Source: Acidobacteriota bacterium
Lineage (GTDB): Bacteria; Acidobacteriota; UBA6911; RPQK01; JAJDTT01
Assembly (NCBI GenBank): GCA_965209055.1
Contig: OZ242374.1
Location: forward strand, 2,688,001 to 2,752,000
DNA: 64,000 nucleotides
Direction: 5' to 3'
In this document: piece by piece, positions 1-9,818 of the stretch
Numbering within the stretch: position 1 is the first letter of the stretch
Layout of the letters: every line of letters starts with the position of its first letter
The notes under the pieces: model-generated
Database searches by the model: none
Told to the model about the DNA's origin: nothing
Seen by the model: the letters and a program-made list of their open reading frames with translations, nothing else
Translations under genes and position numbers: made by a program

Positions 1-386
1 TTTTCTTCGGCGATGTCGGCCTGATACCCCTTGACCACGTAGTCGGGGTGCTGCTCGCTCCGGAACTGGATCCCACTGTTTCCCCGGATCAACTTCACCG
101 AAACCCGCAATGTGAAATCGGTGAAGCTCCGGGTGGTGGAGAGAAAACTGTTGCGCTCGATCGGGTTCTCCTCCGTGGAACCGACGATCACTCCGTTTTC
201 CACCTTCCAGAGTCGGGGGTCGCCGATCCAGCCGGTCAGATCCCGGCCGTTGAAGAGAGAAACGAATCCCTCTTCGTCCTGCGACGCGCGAATTGGAATG
301 GAGCACAGGAAAAGCGAGAACAGGAATGCTGCTGCGAGTCGTGAAAGACCCTGTCCCAAGCCGGACGGGCGGCTTCTGAACTTCAT
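1..386 (-). CDS. DUF1080 (3-keto-disaccharide hydrolase-like) protein, runs off the window edge
   Basis: Manual translation from ATG at 386: signal peptide, then GFVSLFNGRDLTGW...WKVENGVIVG...GNSGIQFRS...GYQADI, typical DUF1080 motifs. Not in the ORF track because it is open-ended. Confidence 0.85.
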   Translation of the reverse strand, partial: MKFRSRPSGLGQGLSRLAAAFLFSLFLCSIPIRASQDEEGFVSLFNGRDLTGWIGDPRLWKVENGVIVGSTEENPIERNSFLSTTRSFTDFTLRVSVKLIRGNSGIQFRSEQHPDYVVKGYQADIAEE

Positions 387-565
387 TCGCCAACCCCCTT
401 CAGGTTTGTCCGAGTGTGCCATTTTGGTGTCGGAGAGAACTATTGTCACACCCGAACAGACTGTCAACCGAGGACCCGCTCCGATTGACACCGGCTCGGC
501 CGGTTACTACTTTGGTCCGGCCGATCCGGGTTTCGATAAACCCGGACAACCGGAGGAGAGCCAAG

Positions 566-1399
566 ATGATGATTTCCAAATATTTCCAGCCACAGAATCT
601 CGTTTGGTTGTGCCTGGCAATGTTTCTGGCGGTGAGCTGCAACCCGGCGGTCCAAAATGAGGCTTCCGAGGCGCCGGCGAGCGAAACAGCGGGAGAGGTC
701 ATGCACGAGTACTACGAACTTCGCGTCTACCGCATCGACAGCCTCGAAAAGCAGGAAGTCGTCAGCCGCTACCTGGAGACCGCGCTGCTTCCCGCGTTGA
801 ACCGGACGGGCATCGATCGAGTCGGAGTCTTCACATTGCAGGAAGCGGGAGACGACTTCTCCATTTTCACCCTGATCCCCTATCCGACCCTGGACCATAT
901 GACTCGGCTGAGCGACGTTCTGGATCAGGACGCGGACTACCAGACGGCGGCGTCCGAATACTTTTCCGCATCCATCGACGACCCGGCCTACGGCCGAATC
1001 GAGAGCAAGCTGATGAAGGCCTTCGACAGCATCCCGGTCATGGAGCTGCCGGAGCAGTCGTCCACCGGAGACGCGCGGATTTTCGAGCTTCGGACCTACG
1101 AGAGCCATCACGAGAACGCGGCCTATCGGAAAGTGCAGATGTTCGACGAGGGGGAGACCCAGATTATGCGGGAAGCGGGTCTCGGTCCGGTGTTCTTCGG
1201 AGAAGTCCTGGTGGGCCATGACGTGCCGAACCTGACCTACATCCTGTCGAGCACCGATCGGGAGACGCACAAGAAGAGCTGGGAAGCCTTCCTGGCTCAT
1301 CCGGACTGGGTCAGGATGAAGGCCATGGAGCGCTACAAGGACACGGTCTCCAAGATCACGAACTGGTTTCTGATTCCGACTTCCTATTCGCAGATCTGA
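566..1399 (+). CDS. NIPSNAP family protein (lipoprotein)
   Basis: Two YELRxY/FELRTY motifs, FFGEVLVG-PNLTY, LAVSC lipobox; GGAGGAG RBS before ATG 566. Confidence 0.85.
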   Translation: MMISKYFQPQNLVWLCLAMFLAVSCNPAVQNEASEAPASETAGEVMHEYYELRVYRIDSLEKQEVVSRYLETALLPALNRTGIDRVGVFTLQEAGDDFSIFTLIPYPTLDHMTRLSDVLDQDADYQTAASEYFSASIDDPAYGRIESKLMKAFDSIPVMELPEQSSTGDARIFELRTYESHHENAAYRKVQMFDEGETQIMREAGLGPVFFGEVLVGHDVPNLTYILSSTDRETHKKSWEAFLAHPDWVRMKAMERYKDTVSKITNWFLIPTSYSQI

Positions 1400-1417
1400 C
1401 CACCGATCGAACGGGCA

Positions 1418-3898
1418 GTGGCAGCCTCCGGGCAGGGTTTGAGAAAAGGACTCCGATACGCGGCGTGGGCCCTGCTGGCCGTGGCGCTCGGGTCGTTCCT
1501 GACCTTCCACCATCTGGCGCGCCGGGCATTGCCCCAACTCGACGGAGTCCGCATTGTAACGGGCCTGCAACAGCCGGTTGAAATCGTACGCGACCGTTGG
1601 GGCGTCCCCCATATTTTCGCCGGCAGTGATACGGACGCCTATTTCGCCCTGGGCTACGTCCACGCCCAGGACCGCCTCTTCCAATTGGACCTGACCCGGC
1701 ACCTCAGCCAGGGACGTCTGGCGGAGCTGGTGGGTGAACCTGGGCTGGATCTGGATCTCCTCTTTCGGACCATCGACCTGCACGGCCCAACGCGCCGGAT
1801 GCTGCAGCGGGCCAGTGCGCCGGTTCGCGCGGCGGCCGGGGCGTATGTCCTCGGCATCAACGCCGCCGTCGCCGATCTGGATGGCGCACTCCCGCTGGAG
1901 TTCGCCCTTTTGCGCCATGAGTTCGAGCGGGCCGAGCCTGACGACTTCGTCGGGTTGATCGGGCTCATGACGTGGGGACTGAACCTCTCGTGGGATATGG
2001 ACCGCCGTTTCGAGCAACTGGCGGCACGCATGGGAGAGGAACGTGCGCGGGAACTTTTCCCCTTCATTCAGGGAGGGTCACCCGCGGTTCATCCGCGGTC
2101 CGGCACGACTGCGACGAAATCGCCGGCCCCGGAAACAGCGCAGGCAGTCGCGTGGCTCGACCGTCTCGGCGAGTTGATTTCGGGCGCTTCGAGTACCCCG
2201 TTTCCTTCACGGCTGTTTCCCATGCTCCATGGAAGTGGAGCCAGCAACAGCTGGGTGGTGTCACCCCGGCGCAGCACGACCGGCCACGCCATTCTGGCCA
2301 ACGATCCTCATTTGGGTTTTACCCTCCCGCCCATTTGGTACCAGGCGCATCTGCATGCTCCCGGATTCGACGTGGCCGGAGTGACGCTGCCCGGCCTGCC
2401 CCTGGTGGTGATCGGGCGAAACCGGGACATCGCCTGGGGTCTCACCAATGTGATGCAGGACGCGGCGGATTTCTTCGTGGAGAAGCTGGACCCGGTGCGG
2501 CCCGGCCGGGTCATGTACCGCGGCGAATGGGTGAAGCTGGAAAAAAGGGTGGAAACGATCCGGATCAAGGGTGGAGAATCGCGGATGCTGGAAGTGCTGT
2601 CCACACCGCACGGCCCGTTGGTCAATCACCTGCTTCCCGAGATTCAGAAGCCCGTCTCCTACCGCTGGACCCTGCAGGCAGCGGACCACGCCAATGAGGC
2701 GGAGGGCTTGTGGCTTCTGAACCGGGCCCGGAACTGGGAGGAGTTCCGCCGGTCCATGGCGTGGTTCGGCGCCGCGGCCCAGAACGTGGTCTACGCCGAC
2801 CGGGAAGGACACATCGGCATGCAGACCGTGGGAGCTTTTCCGCGCCTTGCAGGTCGAAACGACGGGCTCCGGTTCCGCGTAGGCTGGGATGGCAGCGAGG
2901 AGTGGGACGGTTTCCATCCCTTCGAAGAGAATCCGGTCAGTTTCGACCCGCCGCAGGGTTGGCTGGCCTCGGCCAACAATCCTACGGTCGAAGCGCCGGG
3001 ACCCTTCTACATCTCCGCTTATTGGGAGCCGGTGGACCGTATCAGCCGGATCCGGGAGGTTCTGGCCTCTCGGGGAAAACTCTCGGTGGAAGACATGGAA
3101 GGCCTCCAAGGAGATCTCCTGCTGATGTCGGCCCGTGAGATCGTCCCCCTTCTGTTGGAGGCATTCGATTCTTCACCACCCGCTACGGTCCCGGTGGGGA
3201 AGGCTCTCGAACTCATGCGCGGTTGGAACCACACCATGGAGGCCGGCCAAGCCGCTCCGACCCTGTTCGCAGTCTTCCACCGGCAATTGTTCGAGGAGAT
3301 CTTTCGGGACGATCTGGGGAAGGAACTGATCCAGGCGTTTCGGTCCCGCGGCAATCTTCCGGACATCATGGTTCGAACGGTGCTGAAGCGGGGAGCCGGG
3401 CGTTGGTTGGACCGGGCCGAAACGCCACGCGTCGAGGAGCTGCCGGACATTCTCCGGTCCGCCTTTCAGAAGGCCGTTGACCGCGTTTCGACTCGTTGGG
3501 GGCCGGAACCCAAGGATTGGGTCTGGGGAGATGTCCACACCCTGACTCTGCCCCATCCGGTGGGTGCGACCTCCTGGCTGTTGGGTGAGTACTTCAACCT
3601 GGGTCCCTTCCCGGTTCCCGGCTCCAACGCCACAGTCCGGAAGATGGAGTACCGGTCAGACGACTTCCGGGTCGTGTCCGGCGCCTCAGTGCGGCAGATC
3701 ACCGACTTTTCGAAGCCGGACCGAATTCTGTCGACGATCCCCGGCGGCCAGTCGGGAATCCCGGCCTCGCCCCACTACGACGACCTGCCGGACCTCTGGC
3801 TGACCGGGCAGTACCACACGATCCCCATGAACCGGGAAGCGATCCAGGTGAAGCACCGCCTGATCCTTCGTCCCGCGCCGCCGGATGCCCGTGAGTAG
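1418..3898 (+). CDS. Penicillin acylase family Ntn-hydrolase
   Basis: RDRWGVPHI, GYVHAQDRLFQ, catalytic SNSWVV, ANDPHL, GQSG...SPHYDD. Confidence 0.95.
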   Translation: MAASGQGLRKGLRYAAWALLAVALGSFLTFHHLARRALPQLDGVRIVTGLQQPVEIVRDRWGVPHIFAGSDTDAYFALGYVHAQDRLFQLDLTRHLSQGRLAELVGEPGLDLDLLFRTIDLHGPTRRMLQRASAPVRAAAGAYVLGINAAVADLDGALPLEFALLRHEFERAEPDDFVGLIGLMTWGLNLSWDMDRRFEQLAARMGEERARELFPFIQGGSPAVHPRSGTTATKSPAPETAQAVAWLDRLGELISGASSTPFPSRLFPMLHGSGASNSWVVSPRRSTTGHAILANDPHLGFTLPPIWYQAHLHAPGFDVAGVTLPGLPLVVIGRNRDIAWGLTNVMQDAADFFVEKLDPVRPGRVMYRGEWVKLEKRVETIRIKGGESRMLEVLSTPHGPLVNHLLPEIQKPVSYRWTLQAADHANEAEGLWLLNRARNWEEFRRSMAWFGAAAQNVVYADREGHIGMQTVGAFPRLAGRNDGLRFRVGWDGSEEWDGFHPFEENPVSFDPPQGWLASANNPTVEAPGPFYISAYWEPVDRISRIREVLASRGKLSVEDMEGLQGDLLLMSAREIVPLLLEAFDSSPPATVPVGKALELMRGWNHTMEAGQAAPTLFAVFHRQLFEEIFRDDLGKELIQAFRSRGNLPDIMVRTVLKRGAGRWLDRAETPRVEELPDILRSAFQKAVDRVSTRWGPEPKDWVWGDVHTLTLPHPVGATSWLLGEYFNLGPFPVPGSNATVRKMEYRSDDFRVVSGASVRQITDFSKPDRILSTIPGGQSGIPASPHYDDLPDLWLTGQYHTIPMNREAIQVKHRLILRPAPPDARE

Positions 3899-4066
3899 AT
3901 TCCACCAGTTTCCCCAGAAACTTGAACTTGCCCTGGACGCCATTGCCGCGTTGAATGAATACGCCTATCCTCCGTCGTTGGAAAAGAGGGAAGTTCTGTG
4001 GCAGGGGCACCCCCTTGCGGGTGCCCTCTCTTGTGGGTGTCCACCATCGCTGAAGGCAGCAAAGAC

Positions 4067-4882
4067 ATGAACTTTTCATTTCGATCGTTTGCGTTGGTTT
4101 TCGTTGTGGGATTGGCAATGTCGTCGATCATGGGGAAGAAGCGGGACTACCGGAGCAGTCCGTTTCGGGTAGCGGTGGCATTGGGCGAGAGCACGACCGC
4201 CGGCGGCACGGCGACGACGCCCGAATTGAGCTGGGTCAGCCTGTTGGCCGAACTGATCAACGAGAACCAGATGGAGCCGGTTCGAATGATCAACAACGGC
4301 ATCGGAGCCAACCTGATCTCTCCGCGCAGCCCCACCTATCAGGCGTCCCGACACCCGAGTGCCCTGGAGCGTTACCAGGAGCATGTCATCGCGTACGATC
4401 CCGACTTGGTTCTCGTCTCGTACGGTTTCAACGACGCCCGGGGAGGGACGCCGTTGGGTCAGTTCCTGGAGGACCTTCGCCACATCGTTCTGGAAATCAA
4501 ACGGCAAACCGGGGCGGTCGTAGTGCTGTTGAATGCCTATTTCCTGACCGAGTTCGACGGGCACGCGCCCTACGATCAGGCCGATGTCGCCGTTCTCCAG
4601 GGCTACAACAGCGCTATGAAGCAGTTGGCCGCCGAATGCGACGTCCTCCTGGCCGACGTCTTTGCGGCCGAGGGGCAGGCGCCCTGGATGATCGACACCG
4701 ACGGTGTGCATCCCAACAACCTGGGGCACCGGATCATCGCCAACCGGGTCTTCGAAGTCCTGGCTCAGAATTGCAGCGCCCTCTCCGGCAAGGCCTTCCA
4801 GCAGCGGAAGTCGATGAAGCAGTGGCGTCCGGCGCGTGAGAAGCAGATCCAGCAGGAATTCTTCGAAAAGAGGAAGCCGTAG
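4067..4882 (+). CDS. SGNH/GDSL hydrolase
   Basis: Blocks LGESTT, NNGIG, YGFND and DGVHPN. Confidence 0.9.
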   Translation: MNFSFRSFALVFVVGLAMSSIMGKKRDYRSSPFRVAVALGESTTAGGTATTPELSWVSLLAELINENQMEPVRMINNGIGANLISPRSPTYQASRHPSALERYQEHVIAYDPDLVLVSYGFNDARGGTPLGQFLEDLRHIVLEIKRQTGAVVVLLNAYFLTEFDGHAPYDQADVAVLQGYNSAMKQLAAECDVLLADVFAAEGQAPWMIDTDGVHPNNLGHRIIANRVFEVLAQNCSALSGKAFQQRKSMKQWRPAREKQIQQEFFEKRKP

Positions 4883-4918
4883 TTACAGGAGTCCGCGCCG
4901 TAGGAATGATCGTAGCGG

Positions 4919-5017
4919 GAAAGTGGGGAATCGAGGACAGATTTTCCCGATTTTGAGGTGCATAGTTGTTCTATTCGCCGAGAAATTGGGGAAATAAGGA
5001 CCGGTTCTACCGCTTTC
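4919..5017. repeat. Long imperfect intergenic inverted repeat (REP-like hairpin) between convergent genes
   Basis: GAAAGTGG-GGAATCG...ATTTTCCCGATTT pairs with AAATTGGGGAAAT...CGGTTCT-A-CCGCTTTC. Confidence 0.45.
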
Positions 5018-5165
5018 ACAGTAGATCAATTTCTGCGGCGCAGGCTCCTATGCCGGCTGTGCATTCATCCAGAACTCGGGGACCTGTCTGAACGACGCGT
5101 TCAGTGCGATCGCCCCGGAGCCGCTCAAGCCGATTTTCTGGAGGCCTCCGCGGGTCACTGGCGTG

Positions 5166-6140
5166 TCAGGACGAGCAGGCGGCAGCCGAAAGCGTATCGA
5201 GTTTTTGCCGCACCGAGTCGTCCAGCGTCCAACCGACTGAACGCAGGCTGTCGTCCAGGTGATCGATCGTGTCCCCGCCGGTGATGGCCACGGTCACTTC
5301 GGGGTGTGAGAGGACCCAGGCGATGGCCAGTTGCGCCGGCGTCCTTCCCAGTTCCTTCGCGAGTTCGATGACGGTCGAGACGACTTCGCCGGAAGGCCCC
5401 TGCATGGCGGCGGAAAACCTTTTTCGGTGGCCCGGCGTCGTCCAGAGGGACCCGGAAGGAGGAGGACGGTCCGGCGAGTAGAGTCCACTGAGGAGGCCAA
5501 CCGCGAGTGGACTGTAGGCCATGACCCCCAAACCCTGGTCCCGGACCAGTCCGAACATCTCCCGCTCCAAATCCCGGTTCAGCAGGTGGTAGGGGTTCTG
5601 TATGCAAATGAAGGGGGCCGCGTTCATTCGATCGGCGAGCCACAAGGCTTTGCAGACCTGCCAGGCGGCGAAGTTGCAGCAGCCTGCGTAGCGCACCTTG
5701 CCCGAACGGACCAGGTCGTCCAGGGCGCGGACCGTCTCCTCGAGAGGCGTGGAATCGTCGAATACGTGAGCCAGGTAGACGTCGATATGATCGGTATCCA
5801 GCCGAGTCAGGGAACGCTCCACCTCGCGCAGGATGTGGTCCCTGGACAGTCCCCGGTCGTTCGGTCCATCGCCGGTGGGGGAGGCCACCTTCGAGGTGAT
5901 GATGACGGCGTCCCGTTTTCCCTTGAGCGCCTTGCCCAGGATGACCTCGGAACGGCCGGCGCTCTCGCGACGGTCCAAAGGGCCGTATACATTGGCGCAA
6001 TCGATCAGAGTGATGCCTTGGTCGATGGCGTGTTCGATGGTCCGCTGCGCCTCCGCCTCGTCCGCCTGGCCCCGGAATCCCAGCCCCAAGGCCAAGCGGC
6101 TGACCTTGATTCCGGCCTTTCCGAAGTTCACGTATTGCAT
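5166..6140 (-). CDS. Aldo/keto reductase
   Basis: IDCANVYG, SEVILGK, SLTRLDTDHIDVY, AYSPLAVGLL. Confidence 0.95.
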   Translation of the reverse strand: MQYVNFGKAGIKVSRLALGLGFRGQADEAEAQRTIEHAIDQGITLIDCANVYGPLDRRESAGRSEVILGKALKGKRDAVIITSKVASPTGDGPNDRGLSRDHILREVERSLTRLDTDHIDVYLAHVFDDSTPLEETVRALDDLVRSGKVRYAGCCNFAAWQVCKALWLADRMNAAPFICIQNPYHLLNRDLEREMFGLVRDQGLGVMAYSPLAVGLLSGLYSPDRPPPSGSLWTTPGHRKRFSAAMQGPSGEVVSTVIELAKELGRTPAQLAIAWVLSHPEVTVAITGGDTIDHLDDSLRSVGWTLDDSVRQKLDTLSAAACSS

Positions 6141-6287
6141 CAGTTCGGCCCCCCGCGCGCTGGAGGTTCAAGACGGAGCCCAAGTCGTGATTCTACGATA
6201 CTCCTGAGGACCGCTCGAAGCGGATCCGATTCGGACCTTCCCCTTTTTTCCAGCGGGATTCGACCCCTGCAAGCCATCGACGTGGTT

Positions 6288-6935
6288 TTATCCCGGACTC
6301 CCTCGCTGAGCGGTCCTGGTCCCAGATGTCGAGAAGAGGGGAGAGTCCTCCCCGACCTTCTTCTTTTTCTTGCGCCTGTCCTGATCCGGCTGGCGAAAGT
6401 AGGTTCTCGTCTGAACCGAGGCCCTGGAGTGGTTCACAGAGCGCTTGGAGTACGAGGCGGAGTTGACACGCATTCCAAGCGATCTGCCGGCTGCTCCATG
6501 GGTGTCCGTCTGTTTTTGGTCAACACCGGCCGACATGAACAAGAATTCCCACCCGGCCTTCTTTTTCCGGGAGACCAGGGCAAGGCAGCTTTCGTGTGTG
6601 TACTCACGCGAAGCGTTCTCGTAGCCGTCCGTGTCAATCATGACCATGACCCTGTCGCCATTGGAAGCGACAGACTCGGCGTGGGCGATCGACTTGCCGA
6701 TGGCGTCGTACAAGGGCGTCATCGCTCCAGGGCGGTAGTCCTTCTCCTTCATGGGCTTCCACTTCCTGACCGATCCGTGGAAAAACTCGGTCCAGCGTTC
6801 GCTGTCGAACATGAACACTGTGAGTAGAGTCTTCTTGGGCAGTTGGTTCACGTACTCGTTCAGAGAGGTCACGACCCTCCGTTCCTGACCGCTCATGGAA
6901 CCGGTCTCGTCAAGCGTTACAATTGCGTGGTTCAT
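6288..6935 (-). CDS. vWA (MIDAS) domain protein
   Basis: LDETGSM, GAMTPLYDAIG, TDGYENASREY, GWEFLF. Confidence 0.9.
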   Translation of the reverse strand: MNHAIVTLDETGSMSGQERRVVTSLNEYVNQLPKKTLLTVFMFDSERWTEFFHGSVRKWKPMKEKDYRPGAMTPLYDAIGKSIAHAESVASNGDRVMVMIDTDGYENASREYTHESCLALVSRKKKAGWEFLFMSAGVDQKQTDTHGAAGRSLGMRVNSASYSKRSVNHSRASVQTRTYFRQPDQDRRKKKKKVGEDSPLFSTSGTRTAQRGSPG

Positions 6936-6995
6936 ATTTCCTCCTTCAGTTTCTTCCTCGTTTTGGGAAAGTGGGGGACAGGAATGTCGCTCCTC

Positions 6996-7901
6996 CTAGC
7001 GGCCGTTCCTCATCCAGAAGCTGCCGTGGACGAACATTCCGTCGAGCGTCAACGCTTGGCCGATTCTTTTCTCGTCGCGGACGCGTAGCTCCGTTCCCAG
7101 CCCGACGCCGGAGGCATCCTGCGATTGCATGGCGCCGAAGCGGCGGATTACCCACAGCGCTCGTTCGACCGACGGCGCCTGGGATTCGGGGGGAAGTTCC
7201 AGCAGGTGCGAACCGATCAGGGCTTCCCAGTGCTCCGCCAGTAGATGTCGAGAACCGAAGAGTTCGACGGCCGTCACCCAATGGCCATGGGATACGGCAA
7301 TCCCGCATTGACCAGGAAGCGGCCCAAGTTCCGCCAACTCTTGGGCGGCCTCAGCGCGGCTCGGGTCTCGACGATAGACTCGCCGGTTGCTTTCGGAGGC
7401 GGCCGCCGTGGCAGAGGGCGCTCGGTGAAATCGCATCTCTCGATGGACCTCGTTCCAGACGGCTCCTTGATCTCCGCGGCGAGATCGGCCCTGCTTCATG
7501 GACGAGTGAACGCCCTCCTGACTCCTTCTGCGGACTCGCGGCGAAGAGTGGTGGATGTTGCGGCGGTAGGACCGGGGGGGGCCCCACCGTCCTTCCTCCA
7601 GGCACGACACTGGAATCGGGAGCTCGGTCCTGGGAGGAACCAGCGCAGTGATGTTGACGGCACGGTTCTGTTTGCCTCCCAGGAAGTGTTCTCCCTCCAC
7701 GATCAGAACCGGCGTGTCGGTCGGGTTGACTGCCAACAACGATCCCACCGCCGCGTCGTCCAGCTCACGGATGACCAGCTCAGAGGAGGGCCCCGTTCTG
7801 ATGGTCGGCAGTTCATTTTCCAGCAGATAGATGGGGAAGAATGAAACGCCGAGCCGCGTGATGGGTGCCCCGATCGCGGCGGTGGAAAGGTGTGGAATCA
7901 T
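6996..7901 (-). CDS. ARPP-1 (DUF6569) family protein
   Basis: EGEHFLGGKQNR, PVSCLEEGRW and QGAVW motifs. Confidence 0.8.
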   Translation of the reverse strand: MIPHLSTAAIGAPITRLGVSFFPIYLLENELPTIRTGPSSELVIRELDDAAVGSLLAVNPTDTPVLIVEGEHFLGGKQNRAVNITALVPPRTELPIPVSCLEEGRWGPPRSYRRNIHHSSPRVRRRSQEGVHSSMKQGRSRRGDQGAVWNEVHREMRFHRAPSATAAASESNRRVYRRDPSRAEAAQELAELGPLPGQCGIAVSHGHWVTAVELFGSRHLLAEHWEALIGSHLLELPPESQAPSVERALWVIRRFGAMQSQDASGVGLGTELRVRDEKRIGQALTLDGMFVHGSFWMRNGR

Positions 7902-7934
7902 ATTGGTGCCCTCCTCTTGTCCTGGTCCAAATTG

Positions 7935-7955
7935 TTATTGTTACAATTACAATAT
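7935..7955. promoter_or_regulatory. Putative NrtR operator overlapping the leftward sigma70 promoter
   Basis: TTATTGT-N7-ACAATAT matches the 21-bp NrtR box TTATnGT-N7-ACnATAA. A minus-strand TTGACA (7971-7976) with a TG-extended TATTGT -10 overlaps it. Confidence 0.7.
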
Positions 7956-8000
7956 CAGATATTGTAGATTTGTCAAGAACTGGATACAATCTTTTTTGAG

Positions 8001-8753
8001 ATGCGGCCGGGTGACCCCCCTCCGTACAACCCCGATGAATTCGACCGTGTGGCCGTCACGGTGGACGTGGTGGTGTTTACGATCCGGAACGACGAACTCC
8101 ATGTGCTCCTGGTGGAACGGGGCCAGGAACCGTTCCTTGGGGCTTGGGCGCTGCCGGGCGGCTTCGTGCGGCCGGACGAAGATCTGATGGCCGCCGCGTT
8201 CCGAGAACTACGAGAGGAGACGAACGTTTCCGTCGGTGGGTCGTATATGGAGCAACTCGGGAGCTACGGAGCGCCTGGGCGCGACCCGCGCATGCGAGTG
8301 ATCACGGTTGCGTATTGGGCTGCTTGCGCCGAGCTCGAGCAGCCGCGGGGCGGGGGTGACGCCGCATTCTCGGACCTGATGCCGGTGGCGAAGATCGAAC
8401 GTGGAGGCATCCGTCTGGCCTTCGACCACGACCGGATCGTGCGGGACGCGGTCGAGCGATTGCGAGCCAAGTTGGAGTACACTGCGCTTGCGACGAAATT
8501 TTGCCGGCCGCAATTCACCATCAGTCAGCTCCGCAGGGTGTACGAGACGATCTGGGGCAGCCGCCTCGATCCGGGTAATTTCCAGCGCAAGATTCGCCAG
8601 AACCCCGCGTTCAGGAGCCTGAAATCAATGCGGTCCCCGCGCGGACTTCGGGGAGGGAGGCCTGCTTCACTCTGGTCCGCGTCCGATGAAGTTCCAAAGG
8701 CCATGTCTCCGATCGCTCGACGCCGCATGCCGCCCGACGACGATCCGGAGTAG
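8001..8753 (+). CDS. nrtR: NrtR family Nudix/wHTH transcriptional regulator
   Basis: VTVDVV, WALPGGFV, Nudix box RELREET, RDPRMRV, LAFDH, and C-terminal wHTH FTISQLRRVYE...NFQRK...GGRPA. Confidence 0.9.
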   Translation: MRPGDPPPYNPDEFDRVAVTVDVVVFTIRNDELHVLLVERGQEPFLGAWALPGGFVRPDEDLMAAAFRELREETNVSVGGSYMEQLGSYGAPGRDPRMRVITVAYWAACAELEQPRGGGDAAFSDLMPVAKIERGGIRLAFDHDRIVRDAVERLRAKLEYTALATKFCRPQFTISQLRRVYETIWGSRLDPGNFQRKIRQNPAFRSLKSMRSPRGLRGGRPASLWSASDEVPKAMSPIARRRMPPDDDPE

Positions 8754-8816
8754 GGCCGATCCGCCGGCGGTTTCCGCCCCGGTTTGGTCGTTTTGCGGGA
8801 CGTTCACCATGGACCG

Positions 8817-9710
8817 TCAGCCGTGAACGTCACCGCTCCCGGTTGGCGGCTCTGGCTGGTTCCAGGGCATCGTGATCGTCGGTTTGGGGTCGTGGTGGTC
8901 GCCCCTGGGCGGCTTCGGCGTCGACCCGAATTCCTGGATCCAGCGAACCAGTTGCCGGGCCGATTCCATCACCGCCCGCCGGCCCTTCTCCTTGGTCGCC
9001 AGCGTAGCGTGACCCAGCACGCCGGTGTCGGAATAGCTGGCTGTCCAAGAAGTCACGGGCGCCGGTCCGCCAGCGAGAAGATCGGTCCAGAAGAAGTCGG
9101 ACTCCGCCTTGTTGTATTCGATGTCTCCATCGGCAATCTTGTCGTGCCGGACGTTCCCTTCGTCGAGATACATGTAGGCCGAGGTTTCCAGCTCTCCCGC
9201 GTGAGAGCAGCCGCCCGGAAACTTGCTCTCCCTCCAGGATTTGTAGAACTCCTGGTCGATGGTGATCAGACTCCACCAGGAGAGGGCGCTGCACTCCGCA
9301 TCGGTCTCCAGGTTGATCCGCCGGGACGCCAGATCCAGGTTGGGCCAATTGGAGCCGTGTCCGTTGAGCAGGATGATCTTCTTGAATCCGTGATAGGCGA
9401 GGCTCTTTCCCACGTCCATGACCATGCTGATGAAATGCTCGTAGTGAATGTTGATGGTTCCGGGAAAGTCCATCACGTGCGCCGTGTAGCCGTGGACGAT
9501 GGGCGGCATCACGAGGACCTGGTCGGGAATGAGCCGGGCCGCGTGGTGGGCCACCCCGAGGGGACAGACCACGTCCACATCCAGCGGCAGATGGGGGCCG
9601 TGCTGTTCGATCGATCCGATCGGCACCACGACAACCTTCCTGTCCTTTACGGCCTGGTTGATCTCCGGCCAGGTCCGCTTTTCGTATCGCCAAGGTTCTC
9701 TTGTGGACAT
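8817..9710 (-). CDS. Creatininase family amidohydrolase
   Basis: PIGSIEQHGPHLPLDVD, FPGT, NGHGSN, HAGELETS. Confidence 0.92.
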   Translation of the reverse strand: MSTREPWRYEKRTWPEINQAVKDRKVVVVPIGSIEQHGPHLPLDVDVVCPLGVAHHAARLIPDQVLVMPPIVHGYTAHVMDFPGTINIHYEHFISMVMDVGKSLAYHGFKKIILLNGHGSNWPNLDLASRRINLETDAECSALSWWSLITIDQEFYKSWRESKFPGGCSHAGELETSAYMYLDEGNVRHDKIADGDIEYNKAESDFFWTDLLAGGPAPVTSWTASYSDTGVLGHATLATKEKGRRAVMESARQLVRWIQEFGSTPKPPRGDHHDPKPTITMPWNQPEPPTGSGDVHG

Positions 9711-9818
9711 GGGACGACCTCCTTGCTCTTTCAGATAATTCGGGTTCGAAAAACAGTCACGTCGACTCGGAGTCGAGCACACCGGGCATGTCGACGCTCA
9801 CCCGCTCCATCGGCCTCG

